Shown here piece by piece: positions 7,584-17,396 of a DNA stretch of 43,601 nucleotides (the first letter of the stretch is position 1; each line of letters starts with the position of its first letter). Both the position numbers and the translations under genes were made by a program. The notes below the pieces were generated by a model, which worked only from the letters and a program-made list of their open reading frames with translations, was not told where the DNA came from and did not search any database. The DNA is taken from contig AQVQ01000002.1 in the NCBI GenBank assembly GCA_000375685.1, forward strand, positions 1-43,601, read 5' to 3'. The stretch comes from a crenarchaeote SCGC AAA261-N23 (lineage in GTDB: Archaea; Thermoproteota; Thermoprotei; Gearchaeales; Gearchaeaceae).

Positions 7584-8523
7584 AAAAATCTTGTTTATTT
7601 CTACCTTTGCAATTTTGATAACAGTTCTATTTGCGATTTATTACACACCTACTATTCAAGTCTTTGGTGATTCTAACTCCTATTGGAACGGCCTATCAAT
7701 TCTAAAATCCAGGTTGAATGCTACAAGCCTAAATTCATATTCTTCTTTGCCGTTTATTGGTCAGGGCTTTGCTTTAATTATTATAGGTCCTCAAAAGCCA
7801 TTTTATGCCCAAGAAATAGCTATCATAGAACAATTTTTAAATACTGGAGGAACGCTGATAATAGCAGATAACTTTGGTACAGGAAATCAACTGATTTCTA
7901 GCTTAGGATTGGATTCAAGATTTGGCAATCAAACTGTTTATGATCCTGTTTTTAGCTTAGGAAATCCATCAATTATTTATGCTTTTTCTTCAATCAAAAG
8001 CATAAAAAACATCACATTGTATTATTCTACGTATTTGATATTAGGTTCGAATTACAAAGTAATAGCAAACTCAAGCATTTTCAGTTATATCAACATCAAC
8101 AATACTTCAGTAAAATATGGTCCATTTCCTGTAATAGCTTATACAAACTACGGTAAGGGAAAGGTTGTATTAATAGCAACTCCTTATATTTGGGTTAATT
8201 TCTTCATAAATGGAGGTAACTTAGAACTTTTAGATTATATTATTCAAAATGAAACAGCTATTTTAGATGTTTCGCACTGGTATGTTGACACTTTAACGAT
8301 TTTTAAAGAATACGAATTTTTAGCGTATTCAATTCTCTCAACGCCTTTCATAAAGTATTCTATTTTAATAGGTAGCGTTGCATTTATATTCTTGTACAAA
8401 TTTGAAAAAAGTATAATGTCAAAATCAGATGAGATTGAGAAAATCATAAAGGAAAATCCTGATTGGGATGCTGAGCTTATTAGAAGAATAAAAGAGGAAA
8501 GAGAGAATTATGGAAGCAAGTAA
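7573..8523 (+). CDS. DUF4350-like membrane-anchored protein
   Basis: Has N- and C-terminal TM helices. FALIIIGPQKPFYAQEIAIIEQFLNTGGTLIIADNFGTGNQL fits the DUF4350 core. It occupies the canonical position upstream of MoxR-DUF58. Confidence 0.5.
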   Translation: MESKKILFISTFAILITVLFAIYYTPTIQVFGDSNSYWNGLSILKSRLNATSLNSYSSLPFIGQGFALIIIGPQKPFYAQEIAIIEQFLNTGGTLIIADNFGTGNQLISSLGLDSRFGNQTVYDPVFSLGNPSIIYAFSSIKSIKNITLYYSTYLILGSNYKVIANSSIFSYININNTSVKYGPFPVIAYTNYGKGKVVLIATPYIWVNFFINGGNLELLDYIIQNETAILDVSHWYVDTLTIFKEYEFLAYSILSTPFIKYSILIGSVAFIFLYKFEKSIMSKSDEIEKIIKENPDWDAELIRRIKEERENYGSK

Positions 8524-9445
8524 AATTTTTAATTCAATCGTTAATGAAGTTTCCAAGATAATAGTAGGAAATAAAGAAGTAATCGAAATTTCGATAATAA
8601 CCTTGATAGCAAGGGGGCATGTTTTACTTGAGGGTCCTCCTGGAGTAGGAAAAACAACTTTGGCTAAAACCCTAGCAAGAGTTATAGGAGGAAAATTCAA
8701 CAGGATTCAGCTTACCGTTGATACTTTGCCTGCAGATATAATCGGTACGAGTGTTTATAATCAAAAAACTCAGGAGTTTGAAATAAAAAAGGGGCCTATA
8801 TTTGCCAACATTGTTATGGCAGATGAATTCAACAGAGCCCCTCCTAAAACACAGGCAGCTTTTTTGGAAGCAATGCAAGAGCAACAAGTTACGATTGAAG
8901 GCAAAACTTTTCAGCTTCCTAAACCTTTCTTGGTTATAGCTACTCAATTGCCCTATGGTTACGCAGGAACTTATCCTTTGGTTCCCAATCAATTGGATAG
9001 ATTTGCTGTAAGAATTGAGTTAAGCTATCCAAAGAAGGAAGAGGAAATTTCAGTAATATCAAACATCGATAAAATTGAGCTTTTTGATGTTAATCAAGTA
9101 ACTACTCCTGAACAAATGGAGTCTTTATCTGAACAATCAAAACAAGTATATGTTTCAGATAAGGTCAAAGAATACATTGTCGATATTATTCAAAGAATAA
9201 GGGAGGATAAAACTTTCTTCAAATACTCTCCAAGTCCAAGGGCAAGCATTTGGATTCTAAAGCTTTCAAGAGTAAAAGCTTTGCTTGAAGGAAGAAATTT
9301 TGTTATTCCTGATGATGTAAAATTCGTAGCTCCCTATGCTTTAACTCATAGATTGACTTTATTGTCTGAGCTTCAAACCGAGGGAATTAAAGTTCGAGAG
9401 AGTATAAACGCTGTTCTAGATAGCATTCCTGTTCCAAAATTTTGA
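8510..9445 (+). CDS. moxR: MoxR-family AAA+ ATPase
   Basis: Walker A is GPPGVGKT and Walker B is VMADEFNRAPPKTQAAFLEAMQE. The length (311 aa) and overall pattern fit COG0714. Confidence 0.9.
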   Translation: MEASKIFNSIVNEVSKIIVGNKEVIEISIITLIARGHVLLEGPPGVGKTTLAKTLARVIGGKFNRIQLTVDTLPADIIGTSVYNQKTQEFEIKKGPIFANIVMADEFNRAPPKTQAAFLEAMQEQQVTIEGKTFQLPKPFLVIATQLPYGYAGTYPLVPNQLDRFAVRIELSYPKKEEEISVISNIDKIELFDVNQVTTPEQMESLSEQSKQVYVSDKVKEYIVDIIQRIREDKTFFKYSPSPRASIWILKLSRVKALLEGRNFVIPDDVKFVAPYALTHRLTLLSELQTEGIKVRESINAVLDSIPVPKF

Positions 9446-10716
9446 AAAACATTAAATTTACATCAAGAGGAGTAAAAATCTCGATTTCTTCTTTAGTTGC
9501 TTTATTGTTAGGTCTTTTTTTCTTTGATTGGATAATTTTATCTATATCAGTCATCCTTGCTTTATTAATCCTCTATGATTATCTCACTCTGAAAATAGCT
9601 TATAGAGATTTGAAAAAAATTAAAGTAGAGCCAAGTTCAATTCAATTAAATACCTTCAGAAAAAGCACAACTAAATATAAAATTACAATCGAAAGCAAAT
9701 TGGATTTGAATTTAGAAAAGCAATCATGGTTAAGTTTTTCTGAAGAGAAACTGATGAAGGGAAAGAATGAAATAATTTTGTTTTTAGAGCCAATTCATTC
9801 AGGAATATTTAGGCTCGATGGAATTAAATCAAAATTCAAGAGCAAGCTTTCATTATTTGAAGGAACTTATCAAATTCCTTTAAAAATCGAATTGACTGTT
9901 TATCCATTGCTTTATTTAAGATTGATTGAAGCAATAGGACTACTTGCTGAATTGGGATACTATGGCATGGGTGAGCTTCAACAAGTTAGTAAAGGATTAG
10001 GAACTGAATATGCCTACAGTAGAGAATACATTCAAGGAGAAACAATTAGAAGAATAGATTGGAAAGCTTCAGCAAGGCATGCAAAGTTATTTGTAAAGGA
10101 ATTTCATGAAGAGAAGGGAGGAAGTCTTTACATTTTTTTCGATACAAGATTTCCTGGAGAGCTAACAAAGGATGAGCTCAGTAGCTATTTTTTAAGCCTT
10201 TTAATGAACTACGTTTCTATGGATATTCCTCTGCTCGTTTCTATATATGGAAAAGAAAAATTGATAATAAAACGAGAAAGTGGAGTTAATATTCTTGAAA
10301 AAGTCTTAAAATACATAATTGATTATTATAAGATAAAATTAGATGAAATATACAAAATTAAAGATATCATTCCTTCTGAAAAATTAAAAGAGATTATAAA
10401 TCTATTCGGAAATGAAATATTGTTTAAGATATTCAATTTGAATATTCAAAGTTATTTAGAGGAGAAAATTTTGCCTGAGAATGAAAATATGGAAGAGGAA
10501 AATGTTCAAACAGTTTTCATTGTAACAAGTTTGATTAAAGATGTTGAGAAATTTGTAGACATGTTCCAAAATCTAGATGCCTATTTCATATATTATCCAA
10601 AGGTTTATCTTGAAACAGAAAGTTTAGAAGAAAGCTACATTGCAAAGAAATATTTGGAAAGAACAGTTGCAAATCTCAAATCTTTGAACTTTAAAGTTGT
10701 TCCTGTTCCAGATTGA
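9442..10716 (+). CDS. DUF58 protein (vWA-like partner of MoxR)
   Basis: Has two N-terminal TM helices. RRIDWKASARHAKLFVKEFHEEKG is the hallmark DUF58 motif. The TTG start sits in a TTGA overlap with moxR. Confidence 0.8.
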   Translation: MKNIKFTSRGVKISISSLVALLLGLFFFDWIILSISVILALLILYDYLTLKIAYRDLKKIKVEPSSIQLNTFRKSTTKYKITIESKLDLNLEKQSWLSFSEEKLMKGKNEIILFLEPIHSGIFRLDGIKSKFKSKLSLFEGTYQIPLKIELTVYPLLYLRLIEAIGLLAELGYYGMGELQQVSKGLGTEYAYSREYIQGETIRRIDWKASARHAKLFVKEFHEEKGGSLYIFFDTRFPGELTKDELSSYFLSLLMNYVSMDIPLLVSIYGKEKLIIKRESGVNILEKVLKYIIDYYKIKLDEIYKIKDIIPSEKLKEIINLFGNEILFKIFNLNIQSYLEEKILPENENMEEENVQTVFIVTSLIKDVEKFVDMFQNLDAYFIYYPKVYLETESLEESYIAKKYLERTVANLKSLNFKVVPVPD

Positions 10717-11588
10717 GAACTAAGTTAATTTTTATTTCTTTTTTAAGAACAAGAAATTTAATAGTAGGTTGCATTATAACCGCACTGGTAGGCTCTGTTT
10801 TCTTAGGTATTTATACAATAACTGTTCAGGCAAGCGATATAATACATGATCTTAATTCCAAGATAGGCAATTCAAATTCAAAAAGCATACAATACTCGCT
10901 TTATTACTACAATTCAAGCATTTGTATAATTAAACTTAATGAAAGTGAATTAAAATACTTTGCAAATGTTCCTTTAAACTCATCAGAGCTATTAGCTTCT
11001 TCTAGTTTAATTTCTAAACTTAATTTAAAAGATAGAATTATGATTTCGAATAGATCATACAGCTTGGTTGAATTGAATAATCTTTCTTCGATACTTGGAG
11101 ATTGTTTAATTTCGAATAGCATAGTTAATTCTACTAAGCTAATTGGTAATGGGACTTTAAATCTAGGATATCCTAGCCCTAATGAATTTCTTAGCCTAAT
11201 TTCAAACTCGTTGAATGAAATATCTTTAAACTGGATATATTTAGGCTATTTTTCTATTGCGGTTTTTTCTGCGATATTCTCTTATCTAACAATTAGAGAA
11301 AGAAAGGAAGATTTAAGGGCTCTCTATGAGCAAGGAACTGATAAAAATTCAATATATACAGCTTACATATATTCATGCTTGGTTTTTTCAATCTTAACGA
11401 TTTTGCTTTCGCAAACATTCAATTTAGTTATTCAGAACATATCAATAGGAATAATCAACGATTTACTTGGATATGTTCCTTTTTATTCAAGATTTGATTT
11501 GTCCATTTTTCAAAGCCTTTATTACGGAATCATATCTTTTCTTTCTCAACTTGCATTTTCTTTAAAGCTTGCATCTTTATTTTCCTAA
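10713..11588 (+). CDS. FtsX-like ABC permease (MacB/LolC type), short ectodomain
   Basis: N-terminal TM, a sequon-rich external domain, then LTIRERKEDLRALYEQGTDKNSI plus 3 TM helices. That motif is the FtsX-domain signature R..E...L.A.G. Confidence 0.6.
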   Translation: MRTKLIFISFLRTRNLIVGCIITALVGSVFLGIYTITVQASDIIHDLNSKIGNSNSKSIQYSLYYYNSSICIIKLNESELKYFANVPLNSSELLASSSLISKLNLKDRIMISNRSYSLVELNNLSSILGDCLISNSIVNSTKLIGNGTLNLGYPSPNEFLSLISNSLNEISLNWIYLGYFSIAVFSAIFSYLTIRERKEDLRALYEQGTDKNSIYTAYIYSCLVFSILTILLSQTFNLVIQNISIGIINDLLGYVPFYSRFDLSIFQSLYYGIISFLSQLAFSLKLASLFS

Positions 11589-12642
11589 GATAATAAAGAT
11601 AATTTATTCAAGGAAATCTACAATATTAGTCGCAATAATAATGTTCGCCTTATTAGCTTTGAGTTCATTCCCCTACATAGCAACACTATCCGTCGTAAAC
11701 GATGTAAATTTTGCAAGTTTGCCAAACAGTAAAGTAATAGTTCCTTCAAATTCTATAGTTCCATTGACAGGCTACATGAAGGTACCAGCCAATATGTCCT
11801 GTTTTTATAGTGCCGAGATAGCAATTGAGGCTAAAATAAACGGAATTTATTCTATAATAAGAGGCATAAACATTAATAACTCAAGCTATTTTTATAAAAT
11901 AAATATTTTGGAGGGAAATTGGTTTTCAAATGTATATGAAATAGTTATAGGTTATGATTTGGCTAAAAAATTAAATCTAAAGCCTAATGACAAGATTTCT
12001 GTTGAGGATGTTCTAACAGGAAATGTTCAGCCATTCTTAGTTTCTGGAATATTTTATTCAAATTACTCGATTTTCAATGAAGAAGGATTTGTAAGCATTG
12101 AAGCAGCTAGGAATTTATCAAATATTCCTGAAGGGTATTTTAGCTATGTAAGAGTTCCAGAGAATTGTAGCTCAGTAAAAAATTTAAACTCAATTTCTGT
12201 TGGTCTTTCTCAGGTATTTTCCAGAATTTTATCTGGATTTCAGTCAGCTTCTTCAAACTATTCAGTTTATCTTGGAAGTCAAACATTGACAAACGAAATT
12301 TCCGTAATTTCTTTAATCATTATCATATCAATACTAAGCTCAGTATGGTTCATTACTAGAATGTATATTTATTCATTTGAAAAGGATTTGAAGATTCTTT
12401 ATGAACAAGGAGTTTCGGAAAAGAGCATAAAAATTGCGATAATTTTACTTGTTTTGCTCTTATTCATTCCTTTGGCATTTTTATCTTCTTATCTTTCTTA
12501 CACTATTATATTACGATTTGCATTTACCGAAGCATTGCATTATAAAGCGTTGTTGCCAAACTTCATCAATGTTTCATTGTTGCCCACTGAAGCTATAATA
12601 ATTTCATTAATTTCTAGTTTATTTTATAAATTATCTAAATAA
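11569..12642 (+). CDS. FtsX-like ABC permease with a MacB-type extracytoplasmic domain
   Basis: ILEGNWFSNVYEIVIGYDLAKKLNLKPNDKISV is MacB_PCD-like. The C-terminal FEKDLKILYEQGVSEKSI plus 3 TM helices is FtsX-like. Uses a TTG start. Confidence 0.65.
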   Translation: MHLYFPKIIKIIYSRKSTILVAIIMFALLALSSFPYIATLSVVNDVNFASLPNSKVIVPSNSIVPLTGYMKVPANMSCFYSAEIAIEAKINGIYSIIRGININNSSYFYKINILEGNWFSNVYEIVIGYDLAKKLNLKPNDKISVEDVLTGNVQPFLVSGIFYSNYSIFNEEGFVSIEAARNLSNIPEGYFSYVRVPENCSSVKNLNSISVGLSQVFSRILSGFQSASSNYSVYLGSQTLTNEISVISLIIIISILSSVWFITRMYIYSFEKDLKILYEQGVSEKSIKIAIILLVLLLFIPLAFLSSYLSYTIILRFAFTEALHYKALLPNFINVSLLPTEAIIISLISSLFYKLSK

Positions 12643-12681
12643 TGATTCTTAATATTATTCTTAAAATTTTTAAAATTAATT

Positions 12682-13344
12682 ATGAATGATATATTAATAG
12701 AGGCGAAAAATTTAAGTAAAATTAAAAACGAAAAAACAATACTTAAAGATATAAACTTAACAATCAAAGAAGGAGAGCTTGTATTGATTTTCGGAAAATC
12801 AGGTGCAGGAAAAACAACCCTTCTAAGAATACTAGCACTTATTGATAAAGAATATGAAGGCCTTTTTAAATTAAATTTTCATTCCTATAAACAAGATGAA
12901 ATCAGGCTTAAAGAAATAGGTTATATACCACAATTTCTCGATATGATTAGCTCACTTACAATCGAAGAAAATATCATTCTTCCTTTAGAACTCATTGGAG
13001 AAAATAGAAGCGTTATGAAGAAAAAACTCGATGAACTTACAAGTACACTTCAAATAAAGCATATATTGGACAAATATCCAAACGAAGTTTCAGGTGGTGA
13101 GTTGCAAAGGGCCTGCATTGCAAGGGCATTAATTAAAGACCCTAGAATTATAATTGCAGATGAACCAACTTCCCATCTAGATGATGAGATGGAGAAGAAA
13201 GTTATTAGCATTCTTGAAAAATTTTCAAAGAAAAAAGTAACTATAATTTTGTCTTCTACCCATGAATATTATCCAATAAATCCAACTTCTATTTACAAAA
13301 TGGAATCTGGAATGATTAAATTTCATAAGAAAATTGAACTCTAG
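12682..13344 (+). CDS. ABC transporter ATP-binding protein (LolD/MacB-type, COG1136-like)
   Basis: Walker A is GKSGAGKTT, the signature motif is VSGGELQR, Walker B is IIIADEPTSHLD, and the H-loop is SSTHE. Confidence 0.9.
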   Translation: MNDILIEAKNLSKIKNEKTILKDINLTIKEGELVLIFGKSGAGKTTLLRILALIDKEYEGLFKLNFHSYKQDEIRLKEIGYIPQFLDMISSLTIEENIILPLELIGENRSVMKKKLDELTSTLQIKHILDKYPNEVSGGELQRACIARALIKDPRIIIADEPTSHLDDEMEKKVISILEKFSKKKVTIILSSTHEYYPINPTSIYKMESGMIKFHKKIEL

Positions 13345-14917
13345 AAAATTAGTTTATATAATTACTTTAGCTTTAATATTGTTCAACCTATTCTACAGAA
13401 TCTCACCAGCTTTAACAAATGCTCCAGTTTTTAGCTTAGATGCATGGTCTCTTTTAACAGATGTTAAATACATGCTAGAAAACGGGAAAGGCTCATTAGT
13501 TTCATGCAATTCTCTTCCTAGCTGTTATTTTGGCTATTGGCCAAGTCCAATTGTTATAACTACAATTACTTCCCAAATAACCAATTTAAACATTTATTGG
13601 GCACCAGTTGTTGTAACATTCTTCATGAATACTCTTTTCATTTTTGCTTTACTTCTGATAATCTATAGGATAATATTGAATAAGCTCAGGGCTTTCTTCT
13701 TTGGGTCATTGATAATTTCAAGCTTATGGTTTACGAACATATTCTATTCAGGATTTAAAGCTGAAATGATCGCAATGCCTTTATTGATGGTTTTAATATT
13801 ACTATTAATAAGATTTGAAGAGGGAAATTCAAGAGAAACAAAATTGATTCCATTAATATTATACATTTTCTTAATTATCGTTTTTACTCACCATTTCACA
13901 ACTTACATTGCAATGGCAACAATAGGTGGATATTTTGTTTATAAACACGTTAAGAACAAACTTGCTTCATTTGACAAAAGACTTTTCTCAATCTTTTCAT
14001 TTTCTTTCTTGATCTTAGTAATTTATTATTCATTTCAAGGATTTTCCACTTTGGAAAGCTTTGCTTCAGAAGGATTTTTTCCAACTCTGATTTCATATTA
14101 TCTTATATTGTTAATGATAACAGGCTACACTTTGCTTAAAGGCTTCAAGAAGTTCTATCTTTATGTTACAATTTTAGGAATCGCTTTAGCCTTTGTTCTA
14201 AGCTTAGGAATGTCATACTTTTTGCCTGGAATGCCAAGCTTTTCAATATACGATGCTTCTTTAGCTCCTCCATTGATATTGGTTTTAATCTATGGCATAT
14301 TTGGAGCATATTTTATGAACAAGGATTATGATTCTAGATTGCCAATAATCACTTCATGGTCCATTGCACCTTTTTCATTAGTCATTTTTTCATTCTTCGA
14401 TGGTTCAGGTCTCACTTTAAATAGAGGAATAATTGCTGCAAGTATTCCTATGACAGTTTTATCTGCATATTTTATTCAAAGGATTTTCAATGGCCAAAAA
14501 AATTTTAGCTTAATCAAGTTCGTTAATGCCATAATTATTGCTGTTGTTCTTATTAACGGGATTTTCATTCAGTTTCAGCCTTACTTTCAACAGAGAAACG
14601 TATACACAGGAATTTCATGGTATTACAGCACGGATCAAATTGATCAGATAAAAACAATAGTGCACTTTATTCCTCAAAATTCCTATGTTCAATCAGACAG
14701 CATGTTTTCCCAGCTTGCAAGTTTCTTTAATTCTACATTCACAATTTCAAATTCAAGCTTACTACTTATAAATAAATTGGATTTCAATAATTCGAAATAT
14801 TATTCATTCGGAATTGGTCTTGGATATTCATGGACCAAAGAATTTATCAATTTAAAAATTAAAAATAGCGATGTACTATTCAATTCAGAAGATAACATAC
14901 TTATCATGAAAAAATGA
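13334..14917 (+). CDS. Polytopic membrane protein, GT-C-like (possible lipid-linked glycosyltransferase or polymerase)
   Basis: 527 aa with at least 12 predicted TM helices. The first external loop carries an acidic motif (FSLDAWSLLTDVKYMLENG) like PMT_2/ArnT-type GT-C enzymes. It overlaps the ABC ATPase gene by 11 nt. The function call is weak. Confidence 0.4.
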   Translation: MNSRKLVYIITLALILFNLFYRISPALTNAPVFSLDAWSLLTDVKYMLENGKGSLVSCNSLPSCYFGYWPSPIVITTITSQITNLNIYWAPVVVTFFMNTLFIFALLLIIYRIILNKLRAFFFGSLIISSLWFTNIFYSGFKAEMIAMPLLMVLILLLIRFEEGNSRETKLIPLILYIFLIIVFTHHFTTYIAMATIGGYFVYKHVKNKLASFDKRLFSIFSFSFLILVIYYSFQGFSTLESFASEGFFPTLISYYLILLMITGYTLLKGFKKFYLYVTILGIALAFVLSLGMSYFLPGMPSFSIYDASLAPPLILVLIYGIFGAYFMNKDYDSRLPIITSWSIAPFSLVIFSFFDGSGLTLNRGIIAASIPMTVLSAYFIQRIFNGQKNFSLIKFVNAIIIAVVLINGIFIQFQPYFQQRNVYTGISWYYSTDQIDQIKTIVHFIPQNSYVQSDSMFSQLASFFNSTFTISNSSLLLINKLDFNNSKYYSFGIGLGYSWTKEFINLKIKNSDVLFNSEDNILIMKK

Positions 14918-14957
14918 TTACATATTAAAAAATTTTTCATTTTAATGAAATGAAAGG

Positions 14958-14970
14958 TTTTTAAGGTTTG
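14958..14970 (+). promoter_or_regulatory. TATA-type promoter element TTTTTAAGGTTTG (second copy)
   Basis: Identical 13-mer to 2751-2763, lying 31 nt upstream of the ATG at 14989. Confidence 0.55.
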
Positions 14971-14988
14971 AATGAATTATAATTAAAA

Positions 14989-15324
14989 ATGTCAAAATAT
15001 TCATACTCATTCTTTGACTTGTATTACATTAAGTGCCAATTGTTAAGAAGGAAAATATGGTTTAAAATTGACAGGCTTGATAGATCATTTTTCATAGCCT
15101 GTCTTAAGTTTTCAAAGATTAGACCAATAACTAGCAAGGAGGTCATTGAAACATTAAACAACGTAATGAGAAAGATACTATCAATAAAGGAAAAAATAAT
15201 AAGCCTTGGAAAATCATTGATGCAAAAGATCCTTAGCTCCAAAATAGTCGATATGTTCCCTTCATTGTTTAAACTTGCTAACGATAAAAACTACATATTT
15301 TGGCTAGGATTGAGAGGAATATAA
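14989..15324 (+). CDS. Small helical protein, paralog B (family unknown)
   Basis: 111 aa and a paralog of 2783..3112 (LLRRKIW, SFFIACL, YIFWLGLRG). It heads the glycosylation operon. Confidence 0.6.
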   Translation: MSKYSYSFFDLYYIKCQLLRRKIWFKIDRLDRSFFIACLKFSKIRPITSKEVIETLNNVMRKILSIKEKIISLGKSLMQKILSSKIVDMFPSLFKLANDKNYIFWLGLRGI

Positions 15325-15339
15325 TTTATCAAGATTGAA

Positions 15340-16224
15340 TTGCCTAGGATAATAGCAGTCATTCCTGCTTTCAATGAAGAGGAAAATATAGCTAAAGTTA
15401 TAATTAAGGCTCAAAAATATGCGAATAAAATCATTGTTGTAGATGATGGTTCAAGCGATATGACTTCTGAGATTGCAGAAAAGCTGGGAGCTATTGTTTA
15501 CAAACACAAGGAAAATCTTGGAAAGGGAGAAGCTTTGAAAACAGGTTTTGAATTAGCTAAGAAAATGGATTTTGATGTTTTAGTTACGTTAGATGCAGAC
15601 GGCCAACATGATCCTGAAGAAATCCCTATTCTTATCGAGCCGATTGTCAAGGGAGAAGCTGATATGGTTATAGGTTCAAGAAAGATAAACAAATCCGAAA
15701 TGCCTTTTCATAGAAGATTAGGTAATAAAATTCTAGATTCAACTACCCAACTTGTTGCGAAGATAAAAATAAATGATACGCAGAGCGGCTTTAGAGCATA
15801 TACAAAGCAAGCTATAGAAAAGCTTGAAATAAAGGATCATGGAATGGGTGTTGAATCGCAGTTAATAATAGAAGCTATTGAAAAAAATCTTAGGATTAAG
15901 GAAGTTCCTGTTAAAGTTAAGTATGGCAAAGGTCATTCAACTTATAATTTCCTTAGGCAGGGTTCTTACGTTTTACTAACAATTTTAAGAACCGTTATCG
16001 AAAAAAGTCCTTTGCTTTATTTAGGCCTTCCCGGATTAGCAATATCAATTATTGGATTGATACTTGCAATTTGGCTTTTGATAATTTACAATGCAGAAAG
16101 ATACTTTAGTATTCCTATAGCAGTATTAGCTTTAGGAGGCATTCTTCTAGGAATTATTCTCGTGGTAACTGCAATAATACTCTATGCAATACGAACATTG
16201 CATACTAGATTGAGAGAAGTTTGA
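15340..16224 (+). CDS. GT2 glycosyltransferase, dolichyl-phosphate-sugar synthase-like with C-terminal TM helices
   Basis: IIAVIPAFNEEENI, VVDDGSSDMT and TLDADGQHDP motifs. Two C-terminal TM helices. TTG start. Confidence 0.8.
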   Translation: MPRIIAVIPAFNEEENIAKVIIKAQKYANKIIVVDDGSSDMTSEIAEKLGAIVYKHKENLGKGEALKTGFELAKKMDFDVLVTLDADGQHDPEEIPILIEPIVKGEADMVIGSRKINKSEMPFHRRLGNKILDSTTQLVAKIKINDTQSGFRAYTKQAIEKLEIKDHGMGVESQLIIEAIEKNLRIKEVPVKVKYGKGHSTYNFLRQGSYVLLTILRTVIEKSPLLYLGLPGLAISIIGLILAIWLLIIYNAERYFSIPIAVLALGGILLGIILVVTAIILYAIRTLHTRLREV

Positions 16225-17396
16225 AAAAGATAACAATAATCTCGCAATATTGGGAACCTGATTTCAATGGAGATGTTGTTAGGCTAAAGAGATGCATTGA
16301 AGTCTTTATTAAACTTGGTTACAAGGTTGATTTGATAACTGCAATTCCTAATTACATTATTTCTAGAAGGAATGAAGCAAAGGTTGGCTTGGAATTCGGT
16401 AAAAATATTAGGATACTTAGGCTTTGGATGCCAAAAATAGAACACAATAGCTTTGCAAAAAGACTGTTAATCTATCTATGGTTTATGCTTATTTCTTCAA
16501 TTCCTGCTATAATATTTGCTAGGAAAGGATACATCTGGGCTTTTTGCCAAAGAGTCTTCTCAACATATTCATGTCTTATTCCTAGAATAATTTGGAAAAC
16601 AAAATTAATTTCAGATGTAACAGATGTTTGGCCTGAAGCTTTAGTAAATACAGGTTATCTTTCTTCAAACTCAATTTCTTATAAATTAGGTAAGATAGTT
16701 GCTTTAATAGCTTATAGGATAAGCGATAATATCACAACATTGAATCCTGCTATGGCTTCTTTAATTATCAGGAATTATGGAGTGAATGAAGCAAAGGTAA
16801 AGATTGTGCCAAATATAGCTAAAGATATGAAAGTCAATCCAAATTTAAAGAATGAGAATTTCAATATAGTTTACTTTGGAAATTTAGGAACTAACTATGA
16901 TTTCAAGATTTTGTTAGATACTGCTAAAATTCTTGAAGAAAGTGGAGTAAATTTGGTCATAAGAGGAAATGGTGAAATGCTTGAATATGTAAAAGAATAC
17001 ATTAAAATAAAGAATATTAATAATGTAAAACTCATAACAAAGATTTTAAGTCAAGATGAAATGATTGAGCTTCTTAACGATGCAAGTTTGCTCATTTTAC
17101 CAATGAAGGAACAGATATTCGAAAACGCATCGTTTCCAATAAAATTCGTTGAATATTTGAACACAGGTATTCCTGTATTATACATTGGAAAAGGATATGC
17201 CTATGATATAATAGAAAACTATAAAGCAGGGATTGCGATAGATAAAAGGGACCCTAAGCTTATTGCAGAATACATTATTGAACTTAAGAACAATAAAGAG
17301 AAACTTTTAAATATTATGAACTCATCAAGACTTATATCGAGAAAGATGTTTTCAGAAGATGCTTTAATTGAAAAAATAAAAGAGGTCTTCTCTTAA
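16221..17396 (+). CDS. GT4 (GT-B) glycosyltransferase, WbuB/WcaI-like
   Basis: N-terminal KITIISQYWEPDFNG. The C-terminal Glycos_transf_1-like domain begins IVYFGNLGTNYDF. TTGA overlap with the upstream gene. Confidence 0.7.
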   Translation: MKKITIISQYWEPDFNGDVVRLKRCIEVFIKLGYKVDLITAIPNYIISRRNEAKVGLEFGKNIRILRLWMPKIEHNSFAKRLLIYLWFMLISSIPAIIFARKGYIWAFCQRVFSTYSCLIPRIIWKTKLISDVTDVWPEALVNTGYLSSNSISYKLGKIVALIAYRISDNITTLNPAMASLIIRNYGVNEAKVKIVPNIAKDMKVNPNLKNENFNIVYFGNLGTNYDFKILLDTAKILEESGVNLVIRGNGEMLEYVKEYIKIKNINNVKLITKILSQDEMIELLNDASLLILPMKEQIFENASFPIKFVEYLNTGIPVLYIGKGYAYDIIENYKAGIAIDKRDPKLIAEYIIELKNNKEKLLNIMNSSRLISRKMFSEDALIEKIKEVFS

